Shown piece after piece: positions 18,617 through 28,562 of a DNA stretch of 32,000 bases. The stretch is from Fastidiosibacter lacustris (GTDB lineage: Bacteria > Pseudomonadota > Gammaproteobacteria > Francisellales > Francisellaceae): NCBI RefSeq assembly GCF_003428155.1, contig NZ_QLIR01000005.1, positions 84,312-116,311 of the forward strand. Direction: 5' to 3'. The notes under the pieces were generated by a model that was not told the origin of the DNA, made no database searches, and saw only the letters and a program-made list of their open reading frames with translations. The number at the start of each line of letters is the position of its first letter. Positions within the stretch are counted from its first letter, which is position 1. The position numbers were made by a program, and so were the translations under genes.

Positions 18617-19111
18617 GTGATAAAAGTAGTATATCCAGGGACGTTCGACCCAATTAGTTTAGGACATATCGATTTAATTAAGCGAGCAAAAGCACTTTTT
18701 GGTGAAGTGATCGTAGCAATATCAACCGGTGATGGTAAAAAGACATTATTTTCTAAAGAAGAGCGCTTAGAAATTACACGTAAAGTATTGGCAGAAATGG
18801 AAGGTGTTCAAGTTGTTTATCTTGAAGGGCTTATTGCTGATTTTGTCAAACACGTTAATGCAAAAGCTGTGATTCGTGGTTTGCGTGTAGTGTCTGATTT
18901 TGATTATGAGTTTCAGATGGCTAATATCAATCGTCATTTAAATCCAAAATTTGAGACGATCTTTTTAACACCTGATGAGAAATATACATGTTTATCTTCA
19001 ACTATGATTCGTCAAGTATCCAAAATTGATCCTTACCGAGTTGCTGGTTATGTGCATTCTGTTGTGCTCGAGGCTTTGTTGACAAAACAGCAAGTAGGGT
19101 TAAGTGATTAA
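18617..19111 (+). CDS. coaD: Pantetheine-phosphate adenylyltransferase
   Basis: YPGTFDPISLGHIDLIKRA, RGLRVVSDFDYEFQMA, LSSTMIRQVS; GTG start. Confidence 0.96.
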   Translation: MIKVVYPGTFDPISLGHIDLIKRAKALFGEVIVAISTGDGKKTLFSKEERLEITRKVLAEMEGVQVVYLEGLIADFVKHVNAKAVIRGLRVVSDFDYEFQMANINRHLNPKFETIFLTPDEKYTCLSSTMIRQVSKIDPYRVAGYVHSVVLEALLTKQQVGLSD

Positions 19112-19115
19112 TGCG

Positions 19116-19148
19116 TTTCAATAGCCTTTGATCGATTGAAAATTTTTT
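19116..19148 (+). terminator. Candidate rho-independent terminator downstream of coaD
   Basis: 7-bp inverted repeat TTTCAAT (19116-19122) / ATTGAAA (19135-19141), 12-nt loop, then T6 run (19143-19148); AT-rich and therefore weak. Confidence 0.35.
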
Positions 19149-19203
19149 GCCATGCTCTTTATTACATAACCTAATGCCACAATAGTCAAATGTGATGGCT
19201 GGA

Positions 19204-19953
19204 TTAATACTTTATAAACTTTAATAAAAGAGGATTGTGATCCGAAATTTTTTGACTATCGATTGCGATTGCATATTCACAGGTGAGGTTGCGATACATA
19301 ACTAGGTCCAATGGGTGTTTAGCAAAGCGTTTGATGTTTTTATTGTTTTCAAATTGCGCTTGGATTAAATTAAGGGCAATACAGAACTGTTCAATAAGAT
19401 AATTACGTTTTTTATTCCAACTATTAAAGTCACCAGCAATGATAAGTGGCGTATCTTTAAACTCAGTCAAATAATCTTGAAGTTGTTCAATCTCTTCGGC
19501 GTAAACGCGAGAGTTATTAAAATTAATAGCATGGACGTTGATGATAATAAGGGGGGTTTGATCTTCAAATAAGTAGTGATTCACAAGGCTAGACTTATGT
19601 GTCTTAAAGAGAAATTCTGTCTTCTTGGATAAGATTTGTTGTGCCTTGTGACTGATAACGTTACTTGCTGTCATCACGCCATAGGCATGGTTCTTAAGTT
19701 GTAAATTTGCAGCAAAATGTAAACAAAAATCGCTCAGGGGAAAGGTATTACTATCAGTATGTTTAGCTTCTTGCAAGCAATAAAAGCCAATGCCAAACGC
19801 TTGTTGTAGACTCCTAATAAAATGTTGAAAAGCGTAAGGTGTTTTATGATTTATCTTGTAAATATTCCAGCTTAGAAGGTTAAAGCGTATTGGGACAAAC
19901 TCAAGCTTAACTTGAGTTTTGCAGCTTTGGGTAATTTGCGTCGGCTTAAACAT
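19204..19953 (-). CDS. Endonuclease/exonuclease/phosphatase (EEP) family protein, YbhP-like
   Basis: LLSWNIYKI, FYCLQEAK, IAGDFNSW, SDHNPLLLKF motifs. Confidence 0.85.
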   Translation of the reverse strand: MFKPTQITQSCKTQVKLEFVPIRFNLLSWNIYKINHKTPYAFQHFIRSLQQAFGIGFYCLQEAKHTDSNTFPLSDFCLHFAANLQLKNHAYGVMTASNVISHKAQQILSKKTEFLFKTHKSSLVNHYLFEDQTPLIIINVHAINFNNSRVYAEEIEQLQDYLTEFKDTPLIIAGDFNSWNKKRNYLIEQFCIALNLIQAQFENNKNIKRFAKHPLDLVMYRNLTCEYAIAIDSQKISDHNPLLLKFIKY

Positions 19954-19956
19954 AAT

Positions 19957-21348
19957 CTACAAGAGAGGTGCAAGGAGTTTAACCATGTTTTCCCCTAATT
20001 TACGTGCTCTATTTAGGGAAGGTAATTGCTTATCAGCATCTTTTAAAAATTCACTCATCCAGTTTTCCACTTGTATGATAATCGCTTTTTCATAAGCATA
20101 AGTTACCACTTCATAATTAAGAAATAAGCTGCGATTATCTAAGTTGACAGAACCAAGCATCACAGCTGTGTCATCAAAAAGTACAGCTTTGGCATGAATC
20201 ATTTTTTTGTCAAATAAGGCAATTTCGATGCCAGTTTTGGCAAGTTGCCGCATGTAATTGCTACGTGCTAAGTCAGCAATCAAATGATTAGAAACTTTGG
20301 GAGTGATCAGCTTGACATCAAGCCCTCGATAATAAGCAATTTGCAACGCTTCAAGTAATGAGTCAGATGGTACAAAGTAAGGGGTGACAATCCAAATTCT
20401 TGTTTGTGCGGCATAAATGCCCGCAATTAGTGATTCATAAAGTGCATCATTTGGAATATCAGGACCTGATGGAGCAACTTGTAATAAGTTTTGACCATAA
20501 TATTTTTTCATTGAAACTTCAGTCATATTAGGAATATGCTCCTTTGCAGAATATTCCCAGTCTGAAGCAAATATATTGTGAAAATGGCATACTGCATGAC
20601 CCTCAATTTTAAACAAAATATCGTCCCAACGTTTATTGCAATGTGTAGGTCCTAGGTATTCATCTCCTAGATTCATGCCACCGGTTAAAAGACTGTGATT
20701 ATCAAACAAGTAGATTTTGCGATGATTTCTAAAATTAATATAGTTTCGAAATGGCATTTGGATAATAGGCATGAAAAAACATACCTTCCCACCTGCTCTA
20801 CGTAAGTGCCTAAAAGTTCGTTGATTGAAATACACGCGGTAAGAACCAAGTGAATCGATCAACAATTTAACCGTGACACCTTGTTTAGCTTTTTCGGTTA
20901 GTGCTGCGAGAAGTCTTAAGGTAACATGGTCATTTTGAAAGACATATGTGCTGATATAAATACTATGTTGTGCTTTATGTATATGTTTAATAAGTGCTTC
21001 ATAGGCATCAATCCCATCTAAATAAAGCTCAAAATGATTATTACTGGTGGGGGCAGGAATGTCTTGATTAATTAATATTGTACGAATGGTGTGAGGATGA
21101 GAAGCATCAACGTGATCAATTTTACGTAGATTAAATACATGTTTATGACGTTTGCGTCTGTGTTTGCGAATACCAAAAATAAAATAGCAAGGGACCGCTA
21201 CATAAGGAATCAGGATAATTGCTAATAGCCATGCCATCATGCTCGTTGGTTTTTGTTTTTCAGCAACCATGCGAATGACAACAATTAAAATTAAAATTTC
21301 ACAGATAAGCAAAAAAGTATGCAGCTCAATTAATTTAAAAAAGTTCAT
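19957..21348 (-). CDS. cls: Cardiolipin synthase (phospholipase D superfamily)
   Basis: Two N-terminal TM helices; two HKD motifs HRKIYLFDNHSLLTGGMNLGDEY and HAKAVLFDDTAVMLGSVNLDNRS. Confidence 0.92.
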   Translation of the reverse strand: MNFFKLIELHTFLLICEILILIVVIRMVAEKQKPTSMMAWLLAIILIPYVAVPCYFIFGIRKHRRKRHKHVFNLRKIDHVDASHPHTIRTILINQDIPAPTSNNHFELYLDGIDAYEALIKHIHKAQHSIYISTYVFQNDHVTLRLLAALTEKAKQGVTVKLLIDSLGSYRVYFNQRTFRHLRRAGGKVCFFMPIIQMPFRNYINFRNHRKIYLFDNHSLLTGGMNLGDEYLGPTHCNKRWDDILFKIEGHAVCHFHNIFASDWEYSAKEHIPNMTEVSMKKYYGQNLLQVAPSGPDIPNDALYESLIAGIYAAQTRIWIVTPYFVPSDSLLEALQIAYYRGLDVKLITPKVSNHLIADLARSNYMRQLAKTGIEIALFDKKMIHAKAVLFDDTAVMLGSVNLDNRSLFLNYEVVTYAYEKAIIIQVENWMSEFLKDADKQLPSLNRARKLGENMVKLLAPLL

Positions 21349-21502
21349 AACGTCCTTTTTGAATCTAGTAGTTAGTTTTTTCCTATTAATTTAACGCCAA
21401 TTGTAGTGCAAAAAACCTTTTCTGGGGAATTTATTTATTGATGAGTATACACTGAGTAACGAGAAAAAAATGATTGGAAAGATTAGCTGCATAACTAATA
21501 TC

Positions 21503-23008
21503 TTATCGATTTACATTTGCTGGGGGTAAATAAGCTATTTGAAAACGTATTGGTTGTTGCTTAGGTTTGTGCCTTTCCCATTTAACTTCTTGGTATGGCG
21601 TGATAACTAAATTTGGATATTCATTTAAAATCTCTTTAGAAAAGCTAGATGGGCCTTCCATTTGTGGAATTAAAATAAATACAGCTCCCTTTTCTTGCAA
21701 GTCCCTCATATTAAGTGCTGGATTTAATTTTGGGTTAAAATCAATCAATCCTTCTGGACGATCTTCAGAATACCTTGCCATATAGCTAACTGGACGATTA
21801 TAGCCTGCTACATACTTAAGTGGTGTATGATAACGATCATGCCAAGAATCGGTCATGATTTTAGCAATAGTGCGCGCTGGGTAATTTGCGCTGGAAGTTT
21901 GGCTACGAGATATTGAAACGCTATAACCTATCATTAATAAAATGGTCACTAAGGCGGCTATTAAAATAACTCTATATACTTTAGCTTTAGTTAAAATTGG
22001 TTTGGTCCATACAATTAAAATCACTCCCCATAAGCTTAAAAGAGGAATGCCCCACATCGTATGAACTTTCCAACCCGAAACCATTGAAATAAGCACTGTC
22101 AATAAAAATGGTGCAATACCAACGTAGAATAAGAATCGACGATTATATTGATCAATATAGGGTTTTTCATTTAGCTTAGTTTGTGATGTTGTTTTTCCAA
22201 AATAGGCGAGTAAAAAGACTGCTACAGCTCCGATAAAGGTACCAATTTGCGCAAAGAAAAAATTAATGCCATAGCCGAAATGTTTGGTGAAAAAGCTTGT
22301 TGTATCTGCTGAATGATTTAACTTTGATAAAGAGTATTGAATCGGAACGAAATCATATTTAAGTAGCCAAATTGCATGAGGTGTTGAAATAGCAAAAACA
22401 ATAATAAGTGAAAGATATATCTTGTACTCTTTAAAAAATCTATGGTTTGATTTATCAAAGAGCATAAATAGAAGCATAGCTACTAAGGGGACAGCAGTAT
22501 AGTATTTTGCCATCATTCCAATACCAGCTATTATGCCTAAGTAAAGCCAGTACTTTAACCGGTTAGTTGTTAAGCTTCGGTAGAAATATAAAAACATAAG
22601 TGGCCATAGCCCAAGCTCACAAGCATTGTCGTTAAAATCTATCACCCCTAAATTGTAGTATTGGATAGCAACTAAAATAATCACTGCGATTAAGGCTAAA
22701 TAATCGTTTTTAAGGATCATTCGCCCTAAACGCCATACTGACCAGACTGCTAAAAGTACCATCATTTGAGAGAGTAAATAAACGCTCCAATCGCGATCAC
22801 CACTCATCCAAAGTGCTATTTTTGTTAAAAGTGCATTAAACCACGGATCTCTTGGATAGCCCCATTGCAATACTTGTCCCCACATAGCTCCTTCTGTTGA
22901 ATCCATTGGTGTAACAAACCTCACTATGGATGGAGTTATGACCCAAAGCGCCGCATAGATAATAAAAAATGACCATAACAGATAACTTGGTTTTAGAAAT
23001 TTTGGCAT
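21503..23008 (-). CDS. Glycosyltransferase family 39-like (PMT_2 type) multi-pass membrane protein
   Basis: Around 10 hydrophobic segments, MDSTEGAMWGQVLQWGY near N-terminus and LLTKIALW, typical of ArnT-like GT39 proteins; C-terminal soluble segment. Confidence 0.75.
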   Translation of the reverse strand: MPKFLKPSYLLWSFFIIYAALWVITPSIVRFVTPMDSTEGAMWGQVLQWGYPRDPWFNALLTKIALWMSGDRDWSVYLLSQMMVLLAVWSVWRLGRMILKNDYLALIAVIILVAIQYYNLGVIDFNDNACELGLWPLMFLYFYRSLTTNRLKYWLYLGIIAGIGMMAKYYTAVPLVAMLLFMLFDKSNHRFFKEYKIYLSLIIVFAISTPHAIWLLKYDFVPIQYSLSKLNHSADTTSFFTKHFGYGINFFFAQIGTFIGAVAVFLLAYFGKTTSQTKLNEKPYIDQYNRRFLFYVGIAPFLLTVLISMVSGWKVHTMWGIPLLSLWGVILIVWTKPILTKAKVYRVILIAALVTILLMIGYSVSISRSQTSSANYPARTIAKIMTDSWHDRYHTPLKYVAGYNRPVSYMARYSEDRPEGLIDFNPKLNPALNMRDLQEKGAVFILIPQMEGPSSFSKEILNEYPNLVITPYQEVKWERHKPKQQPIRFQIAYLPPANVNR

Positions 23009-23269
23009 GATTGAGTTTATGTTTATAGAAAATTGTTATTTTGAGCATCATAACAGTCAAATATATATTTTCAACTACTATTCCTGGCGTTAAACGAGGG
23101 CAATAGCCACTGAAATTCAGCTAATTTAGAAAAGAGTACTTTAGAAGTGGACAAGAAATAAAGATGTATTAGCAGTTTTAACAAAAATGCGTACAATATT
23201 GCAAAGGGATATAGTTTGGTGACTGCCCTACATGAATCAAAATGTTAAATTCATCAATAAGGAGATAAA

Positions 23270-24043
23270 ATGTTAAGTCAAATGAGGAAAAAAAAATTAT
23301 TAGCTATAGCAGCAATATGTTGGATAGCTATCAGCATTCCTGCTTATGCACAAGATGAGTTAAACTCACCAGGAAATATTGAGAATACAATACCAAAAAT
23401 GATTAATGATCAAACAATTGTAGAACATAATAGGCAGCAAGACTTATATTCACCAGTGGGTTATTGGTTACAGTATACTGATGACGGAAAGCAAGCCCAG
23501 TCTATTCTACAAGTTTATAAAGGCAAAAATGGTCAACTGGAAGGCAAGATTGTGGTGCCATTTGTGAATATTGTAGATGGGAAAAAGCAAGTGCCTGAGG
23601 TAGTATGTAAGAAATGTGGAAAGGGAAATGAAAACGGTTATCAGTTTGATTATTCAAATTATCCCAACAATCAAGTGCAAGATCTTAAAATTATGTGGGG
23701 TTTTATCAAGGGTGGGAAAAAAGAGGGTTCAGATGGTGCTTTATATGATGATGGTTCAATTTTAGATCCATCTAATGGCAAAGTTTATAGCTGTAAAATT
23801 CAAGTCCAAGAAAATGGTAACAAACTTTATGTAAGAGGTTATATTGGTTTCTCATTATTTGGGCGTACGCAATATTGGTATCGAATTGATGAGAATCAGG
23901 TTAAACAATGTGCTAAGGCGTGTGGATTAACGGCTGAAGGTCATTATCCATATACTGATAAGAATGGCAAAATGGCGAGTGAGAAACTATGGGAACAGTG
24001 TTCCAATATTACGTTAAAAGCTCGTGATTTGTGTGCATTTTAA
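23270..24043 (+). CDS. Secreted DUF2147-type protein with a Cys-containing C-terminal extension
   Basis: Signal peptide ending AYA; PVGYWLQYTDDGKQAQSILQVYKGKNGQLEGKI...VCKKC...IMWGF...DGSILDPSNGKVYSCKIQVQENGNKLYVRGYIG...GRTQYWYR. Confidence 0.75.
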   Translation: MLSQMRKKKLLAIAAICWIAISIPAYAQDELNSPGNIENTIPKMINDQTIVEHNRQQDLYSPVGYWLQYTDDGKQAQSILQVYKGKNGQLEGKIVVPFVNIVDGKKQVPEVVCKKCGKGNENGYQFDYSNYPNNQVQDLKIMWGFIKGGKKEGSDGALYDDGSILDPSNGKVYSCKIQVQENGNKLYVRGYIGFSLFGRTQYWYRIDENQVKQCAKACGLTAEGHYPYTDKNGKMASEKLWEQCSNITLKARDLCAF

Positions 24044-24183
24044 TCATTTTTAACGTTGTAACCATCAGAAAAGATTTTTTATTTATTATTTCAATAGATA
24101 AGTTTTGAACTAATAATATTTTTTACATAAAATCATCGTCAAACTGAATTTGACAAACTAAATTTCGGAATAATGGAGTAAAG

Positions 24184-24801
24184 ATGAGATTAAATATCAA
24201 GATCAAAAAAATATGCCTTTTACCTACTTTATTGTCGGTAAGTTTACTAGCAGGTTGTGCAAGCTCAGGCAATGTAAGCTATGTTGACCCACAAGGTGTT
24301 GACACTACTTCAATTAATTTTAATTCAACTGATCTGCAAACAACGACCCAGAAAATGGTTGGTGGTATGTTGTCATCGCCTGCAATTGCGCGCATTACCG
24401 CAGGTGCACAGCCTGTTGTATTCTTTAGCACCATTAAGAATGAAACAGCAGAGCATATTAATACAGGGATGTTAGCCAATACGGTTTCCACTGAGATTAT
24501 TAATAGTGGTAAATTTCAATTTACCGATATGTCTCAAGTCAAAGAAATGAAAGAACAAATGGACTACCAAGCAGGCTCTGGCATGGTTGATCAGGCAACT
24601 GCAATCAAAATGGGGCAACAAATTGGGGCACAGTACATGATTTATGGTAGCATTGCTGATATGCAATCAATGAATAGTAACCAGCAATCTTTATTCTTCT
24701 TGATTACGCTAAAAATGATTGACTTGAAAACTGGTATCATCGTGTGGCAAGACCAAAAACAAATTCGTAAGACTCAAAAACGTAGCACCTTTGGTTGGTA
24801 A
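24184..24801 (+). CDS. lpoB: Penicillin-binding protein activator LpoB-like lipoprotein
   Basis: Lipobox LLAGC; SSPAIAR..., IINSGKFQFTD, GQQIGAQYMIYGSI, FFLITLKMIDLKTGIIVWQDQKQIRK. Confidence 0.8.
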   Translation: MRLNIKIKKICLLPTLLSVSLLAGCASSGNVSYVDPQGVDTTSINFNSTDLQTTTQKMVGGMLSSPAIARITAGAQPVVFFSTIKNETAEHINTGMLANTVSTEIINSGKFQFTDMSQVKEMKEQMDYQAGSGMVDQATAIKMGQQIGAQYMIYGSIADMQSMNSNQQSLFFLITLKMIDLKTGIIVWQDQKQIRKTQKRSTFGW

Positions 24802-24979
24802 AGGAAACAAAAATCACTTACTTCACATGTATTCCTTAAGGAGTATCACAACGTTGGAAACGCAACACGCAGAAGATTGAGCGTAAATCTTTAAACGTTT
24901 AGAACGAGGATAAAGCGCCTTGTGAGGAAAACTATCTGTTTCTCAAAAAGTGAGCTAATGCGTGATGCATGCACTGTAA

Positions 24980-26419
24980 TTGGTCTTTATATCAACCAAA
25001 TTGAATGGGGACGGGGTATATATGAATAACAAAGTAAAACGCTACAAAAATTTAATACTTAGCGTTGTTGGTATTATATTTTTATTGTTATCAGGTTGTG
25101 CCACTTTTTCAGCATCCTATCCTAAAAAAATATCTGAAGTTAAAGTTGATTTAGCTAAAGGAGATGCTAAAGCAGCACAGAAATCTTTTAGTAACCAGTT
25201 TGGAGATAATCCAACAGAAGATAATCTATACTTATTGGAGCAGGCACGTTTAGCACAATTAAACGATAACGTTGAGCGATCAAAAAAAGGCTATCAAGCC
25301 GTTATCCAAACAGTAGCGACCAATAAAATGGCTGCAAAAGTCCAGGTGTCAAAAGTTTTACAAAATATGGGAGCAGTATTAACCAATGATCGAGGATTAC
25401 CTTTTTCTACACCTGATTATGCGATGACATTTTTATATCCATATCAAGCGCTAAATTATTTATCACAAAATGATTTAAGTGGCGCTTTAGTTGCCATTCG
25501 TCAGTTAAGCAATGCTCAATATTGGACATATCAACAAAAATTAATGGTGGAGGATATGCAAAGTAAATATCAAAAAGATACTGCTAAGGTCGATATTGAT
25601 GAAGAAAACTTAGGACTTAAAAAATCTAAAGAAATTAATGAGATGTTTAGTTCAGTAAAGGATGCTACCAATGCGTATGAAAATGGATTTGGTTATTATT
25701 TAGCAAGCATCTTGTATGAAGCGTTTGATGAGAATTACAATAATGCGTTTATATCCATTAAGGATGCTAAACGAGTGCTTCCAGATAATCCTTACGTTCT
25801 ACGCACATATCAAGAAATAGAGCGTGGCTTTAATGGAGGAAGTGCTTATGAAAATGGCAAAGGGCGTTTGGTTGTAATTTATGAACAAGGTTTTGTAACT
25901 CCTAGAGAGGCGATTAAACTACCATTATTTTTAGGCAAGCTTGGTTTACAAGAAGTAGCGGTCGCTTACTACCCATCCAAATATACGTTGTTACCAGAAA
26001 AAAGCATATATGTTGCTCAAAATGATCGGATTCAAGATCGTGCTCAGACAGCGTTGCTCGTCAATACAACTCAAATGGCAACTAAATCGTTGACAGAGGA
26101 GTACCCTGTGATTATCACGCGTGAAGTGATTCGGTTGGTAGTAAAGTCACTTGCCACTTATGAGGCAACTAACCAGGCTGGTGGCTGGGGTTTATTAGCT
26201 GGCTCAATCTATAGTTTTGTCACTGCACAAGCAGATGAGCGCAGTTGGCTTTTGTTGCCAAATAATATCCAACTCTATGAAAATCAATTTAAGGCAGGTA
26301 ACTATACAATTGATCTTGGTAAAAAGCAGCAGAACGTTGAAATAAAAGCCAATAAGACAACCTTGATTTGGTTTGTTAATATAGATGACTTTAATAAGGT
26401 TTATCATTTTATTTTGTAA
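24980..26419 (+). CDS. COG3014-like lipoprotein; real start probably ATG at 25022
   Basis: Lipobox LLLSGCATF; NDNYNNAFISIKDAKRVLPDN, GRLVVIYEQGFVTPREAIKLPL, YPVIITREVIRLVVKSLATYEA, DERSWLLLPNNIQLYE; tracked TTG start only adds 14 residues before the lipoprotein signal. Confidence 0.75.
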   Translation: MVFISTKLNGDGVYMNNKVKRYKNLILSVVGIIFLLLSGCATFSASYPKKISEVKVDLAKGDAKAAQKSFSNQFGDNPTEDNLYLLEQARLAQLNDNVERSKKGYQAVIQTVATNKMAAKVQVSKVLQNMGAVLTNDRGLPFSTPDYAMTFLYPYQALNYLSQNDLSGALVAIRQLSNAQYWTYQQKLMVEDMQSKYQKDTAKVDIDEENLGLKKSKEINEMFSSVKDATNAYENGFGYYLASILYEAFDENYNNAFISIKDAKRVLPDNPYVLRTYQEIERGFNGGSAYENGKGRLVVIYEQGFVTPREAIKLPLFLGKLGLQEVAVAYYPSKYTLLPEKSIYVAQNDRIQDRAQTALLVNTTQMATKSLTEEYPVIITREVIRLVVKSLATYEATNQAGGWGLLAGSIYSFVTAQADERSWLLLPNNIQLYENQFKAGNYTIDLGKKQQNVEIKANKTTLIWFVNIDDFNKVYHFIL

Positions 26420-26574
26420 AATAAGAGCATCATACTGATAAAATAAAATATATTCAGTAATATTTTGCTCATTTTCAATATTGAATTAGCATAAAATAGT
26501 TAGCATTGAAAAACCGTAAGTATAACAATATAGCCATAGGCAGATTTTTTTGTTAGCCTTTTGTTATAGTTAAT

Positions 26575-28512
26575 ATGCAAAAAAGGAAATTGCAGATGTC
26601 AGAAGGTTGGTTGACACAATATCAACGAAGCATTGATGATAATGCTACGTTTTGGGCAAAAAAGAGTGAGATTATTGATTGGATTAAACCGTGGAATACT
26701 GTAACCAGTGGATCCTTTCAAGAAGGAAATGTAAAATGGTTTGAAGAAGGTATCTTAAATGTTTCTTATAATTGTGTTGATCGCCATTTGTCAAAATATG
26801 CAGATAGAATTGCATTTTATTGGGAAGGGGATAACCCTAAACATAGTCAAGCGTTGAGTTATCAAGCACTTTACGATAGGGTTAATCGCTTTGCTAATGT
26901 TCTTAAAACCCTTGGTGTCAAAAAAGGTGATGTAGTTTGTATTTACTTGCCAATGATTGTCGAAGCACCTGTTGCTATGCTTGCCTGTGCGCGTATTGGT
27001 GCGGTACATTCAGTTATTTTTGGTGGTTTTTCCCCTGTTGCAATCGCTGATCGTGTTAATGATGCAAAGTGTACATTTATCATTACTGCAGATGGCGGTT
27101 ATAGAGGTGGAAAATCTATTCCACTGAAAACTAATGTTGATGAAGCAATCAAAAACTGCCCAACAGTTGAAAAAGTACTTGTGGTTGAGCATGCCCACAA
27201 CATAAATAATTGGAATGATAAAATTGATGTCCATTATTATAAGCTTGCTCAGCAAGTAGACGTGTTCTGTCCAATTGAACCCATGAATGCGGAAGATCCA
27301 CTTTTTATTTTATATACTTCAGGTTCTACAGGTAAGCCAAAAGGTGTAGTACATACTACAGCAGGTTATTTGGTTTATGCAGCAACAACACACAAACAGA
27401 TTTTTGATTTGAAAGATGGTGATGTTTATTGGTGTACAGCTGATGTCGGTTGGATTACAGGACATTCATATGTTATTTATGGACCACTGGCTAATGCCAC
27501 AACAAACGTGCTATTTGAAGGGGTCCCAAGTTATCCACAAAAATCACGTTTTTTTGATGTGGTTGATAAATATAAAGTGAATATTTTTTATACTGCACCT
27601 ACGGCTATAAGAGCTTTACAAGCAGAAGGTGATGATGCCGTATTGGCTAATACAAAAAGAGATTCGTTACGTATTTTAGGAACAGTTGGTGAACCAATTA
27701 ACCGTGAAGCTTGGCATTGGTATCACGATAAAGTAGGCAAGGGGAAGTGTTCAATTGTGGATACTTGGTGGCAAACTGAAACAGGTGGGGTTATGATTTC
27801 ACCTGATCATACTCAATATCAGAAACCAGGTTCAGCAATGTATCCTTTTTGGGGGATTGAGCCTGCGATTTTGGATAAAAACACTGCCAATGAACTAAAG
27901 GGTGCGTTAACAGCACATGATTATGGTGCAATTGTTATTAAACGTCCGTGGCCGGGGATGATGCGTACGCTCTGGGGTGATCATAAGCGTTATATGGATA
28001 GTTATTTTAATGTTTATCTAGGTTATTATTTCCCAGGAGATGGTGCATATCGTGATAAAGATGGGCACTATTGGATAAGTGGTCGGTTAGATGATGTAAT
28101 CAGCATTGCAGGGCATAGAATTGGTACAGCTGAAATTGAAAGTGTTATCGATTCTCACGAAGCTGTTGCAGAAACAGCTGTTGTTGGCATTCCAGATGCA
28201 ATTAAAGGTGAAGTCATTTATGCATATGTAATATTAGAGAAAGGTATCACACCATCTGAATTGCTTAAACAAGATATTATGGAATGGGTGCGCAAAACGT
28301 ATGGTCCTATTGCCAGTATTAAAGTAATCCAATGGGTGCCAATGCTGCCTAAAACGCGTTCAGGTAAAATTATGCGTCGCATATTACGTAAAATTGCGCA
28401 TTTTGAAGAACAGCAAATCGGCGATACCTCTACCCTTGCCGATGCAAATTGTGTTAAAAACTTAATTGCTAATCGTTCAGATTATCGAATTGTTAAGAAA
28501 GGGTCGCAGTAA
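26575..28512 (+). CDS. acs: Acetyl-CoA synthetase (acetate-CoA ligase)
   Basis: YTSGSTGKPKGVVHTTAGYLVY, WWQTETGG, YFPGDGAYRDKDGHYWISGRLDDVI, LPKTRSGKIMRRILRKIA. Confidence 0.97.
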   Translation: MQKRKLQMSEGWLTQYQRSIDDNATFWAKKSEIIDWIKPWNTVTSGSFQEGNVKWFEEGILNVSYNCVDRHLSKYADRIAFYWEGDNPKHSQALSYQALYDRVNRFANVLKTLGVKKGDVVCIYLPMIVEAPVAMLACARIGAVHSVIFGGFSPVAIADRVNDAKCTFIITADGGYRGGKSIPLKTNVDEAIKNCPTVEKVLVVEHAHNINNWNDKIDVHYYKLAQQVDVFCPIEPMNAEDPLFILYTSGSTGKPKGVVHTTAGYLVYAATTHKQIFDLKDGDVYWCTADVGWITGHSYVIYGPLANATTNVLFEGVPSYPQKSRFFDVVDKYKVNIFYTAPTAIRALQAEGDDAVLANTKRDSLRILGTVGEPINREAWHWYHDKVGKGKCSIVDTWWQTETGGVMISPDHTQYQKPGSAMYPFWGIEPAILDKNTANELKGALTAHDYGAIVIKRPWPGMMRTLWGDHKRYMDSYFNVYLGYYFPGDGAYRDKDGHYWISGRLDDVISIAGHRIGTAEIESVIDSHEAVAETAVVGIPDAIKGEVIYAYVILEKGITPSELLKQDIMEWVRKTYGPIASIKVIQWVPMLPKTRSGKIMRRILRKIAHFEEQQIGDTSTLADANCVKNLIANRSDYRIVKKGSQ

Positions 28513-28562
28513 TTTCAGTATAAGTTTGAATTTTGATTAGCGTTTACTATTTTCCTGTATGA

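Noticed and set aside
22836-23060. 74-aa minus-strand ORF overlapping the start of the GT39-like gene
   Set aside because: Overlaps the real CDS in another frame and has no family signal.
24279-24666. Antisense and alternative-frame ORFs in lpoB
   Set aside because: Shadows of the lipoprotein gene; composition matches out-of-frame translation.
26204-27255. Minus-strand ORFs 26204-26407, 26791-27009, 27010-27255
   Set aside because: Antisense to COG3014-like and acs genes, no motif.
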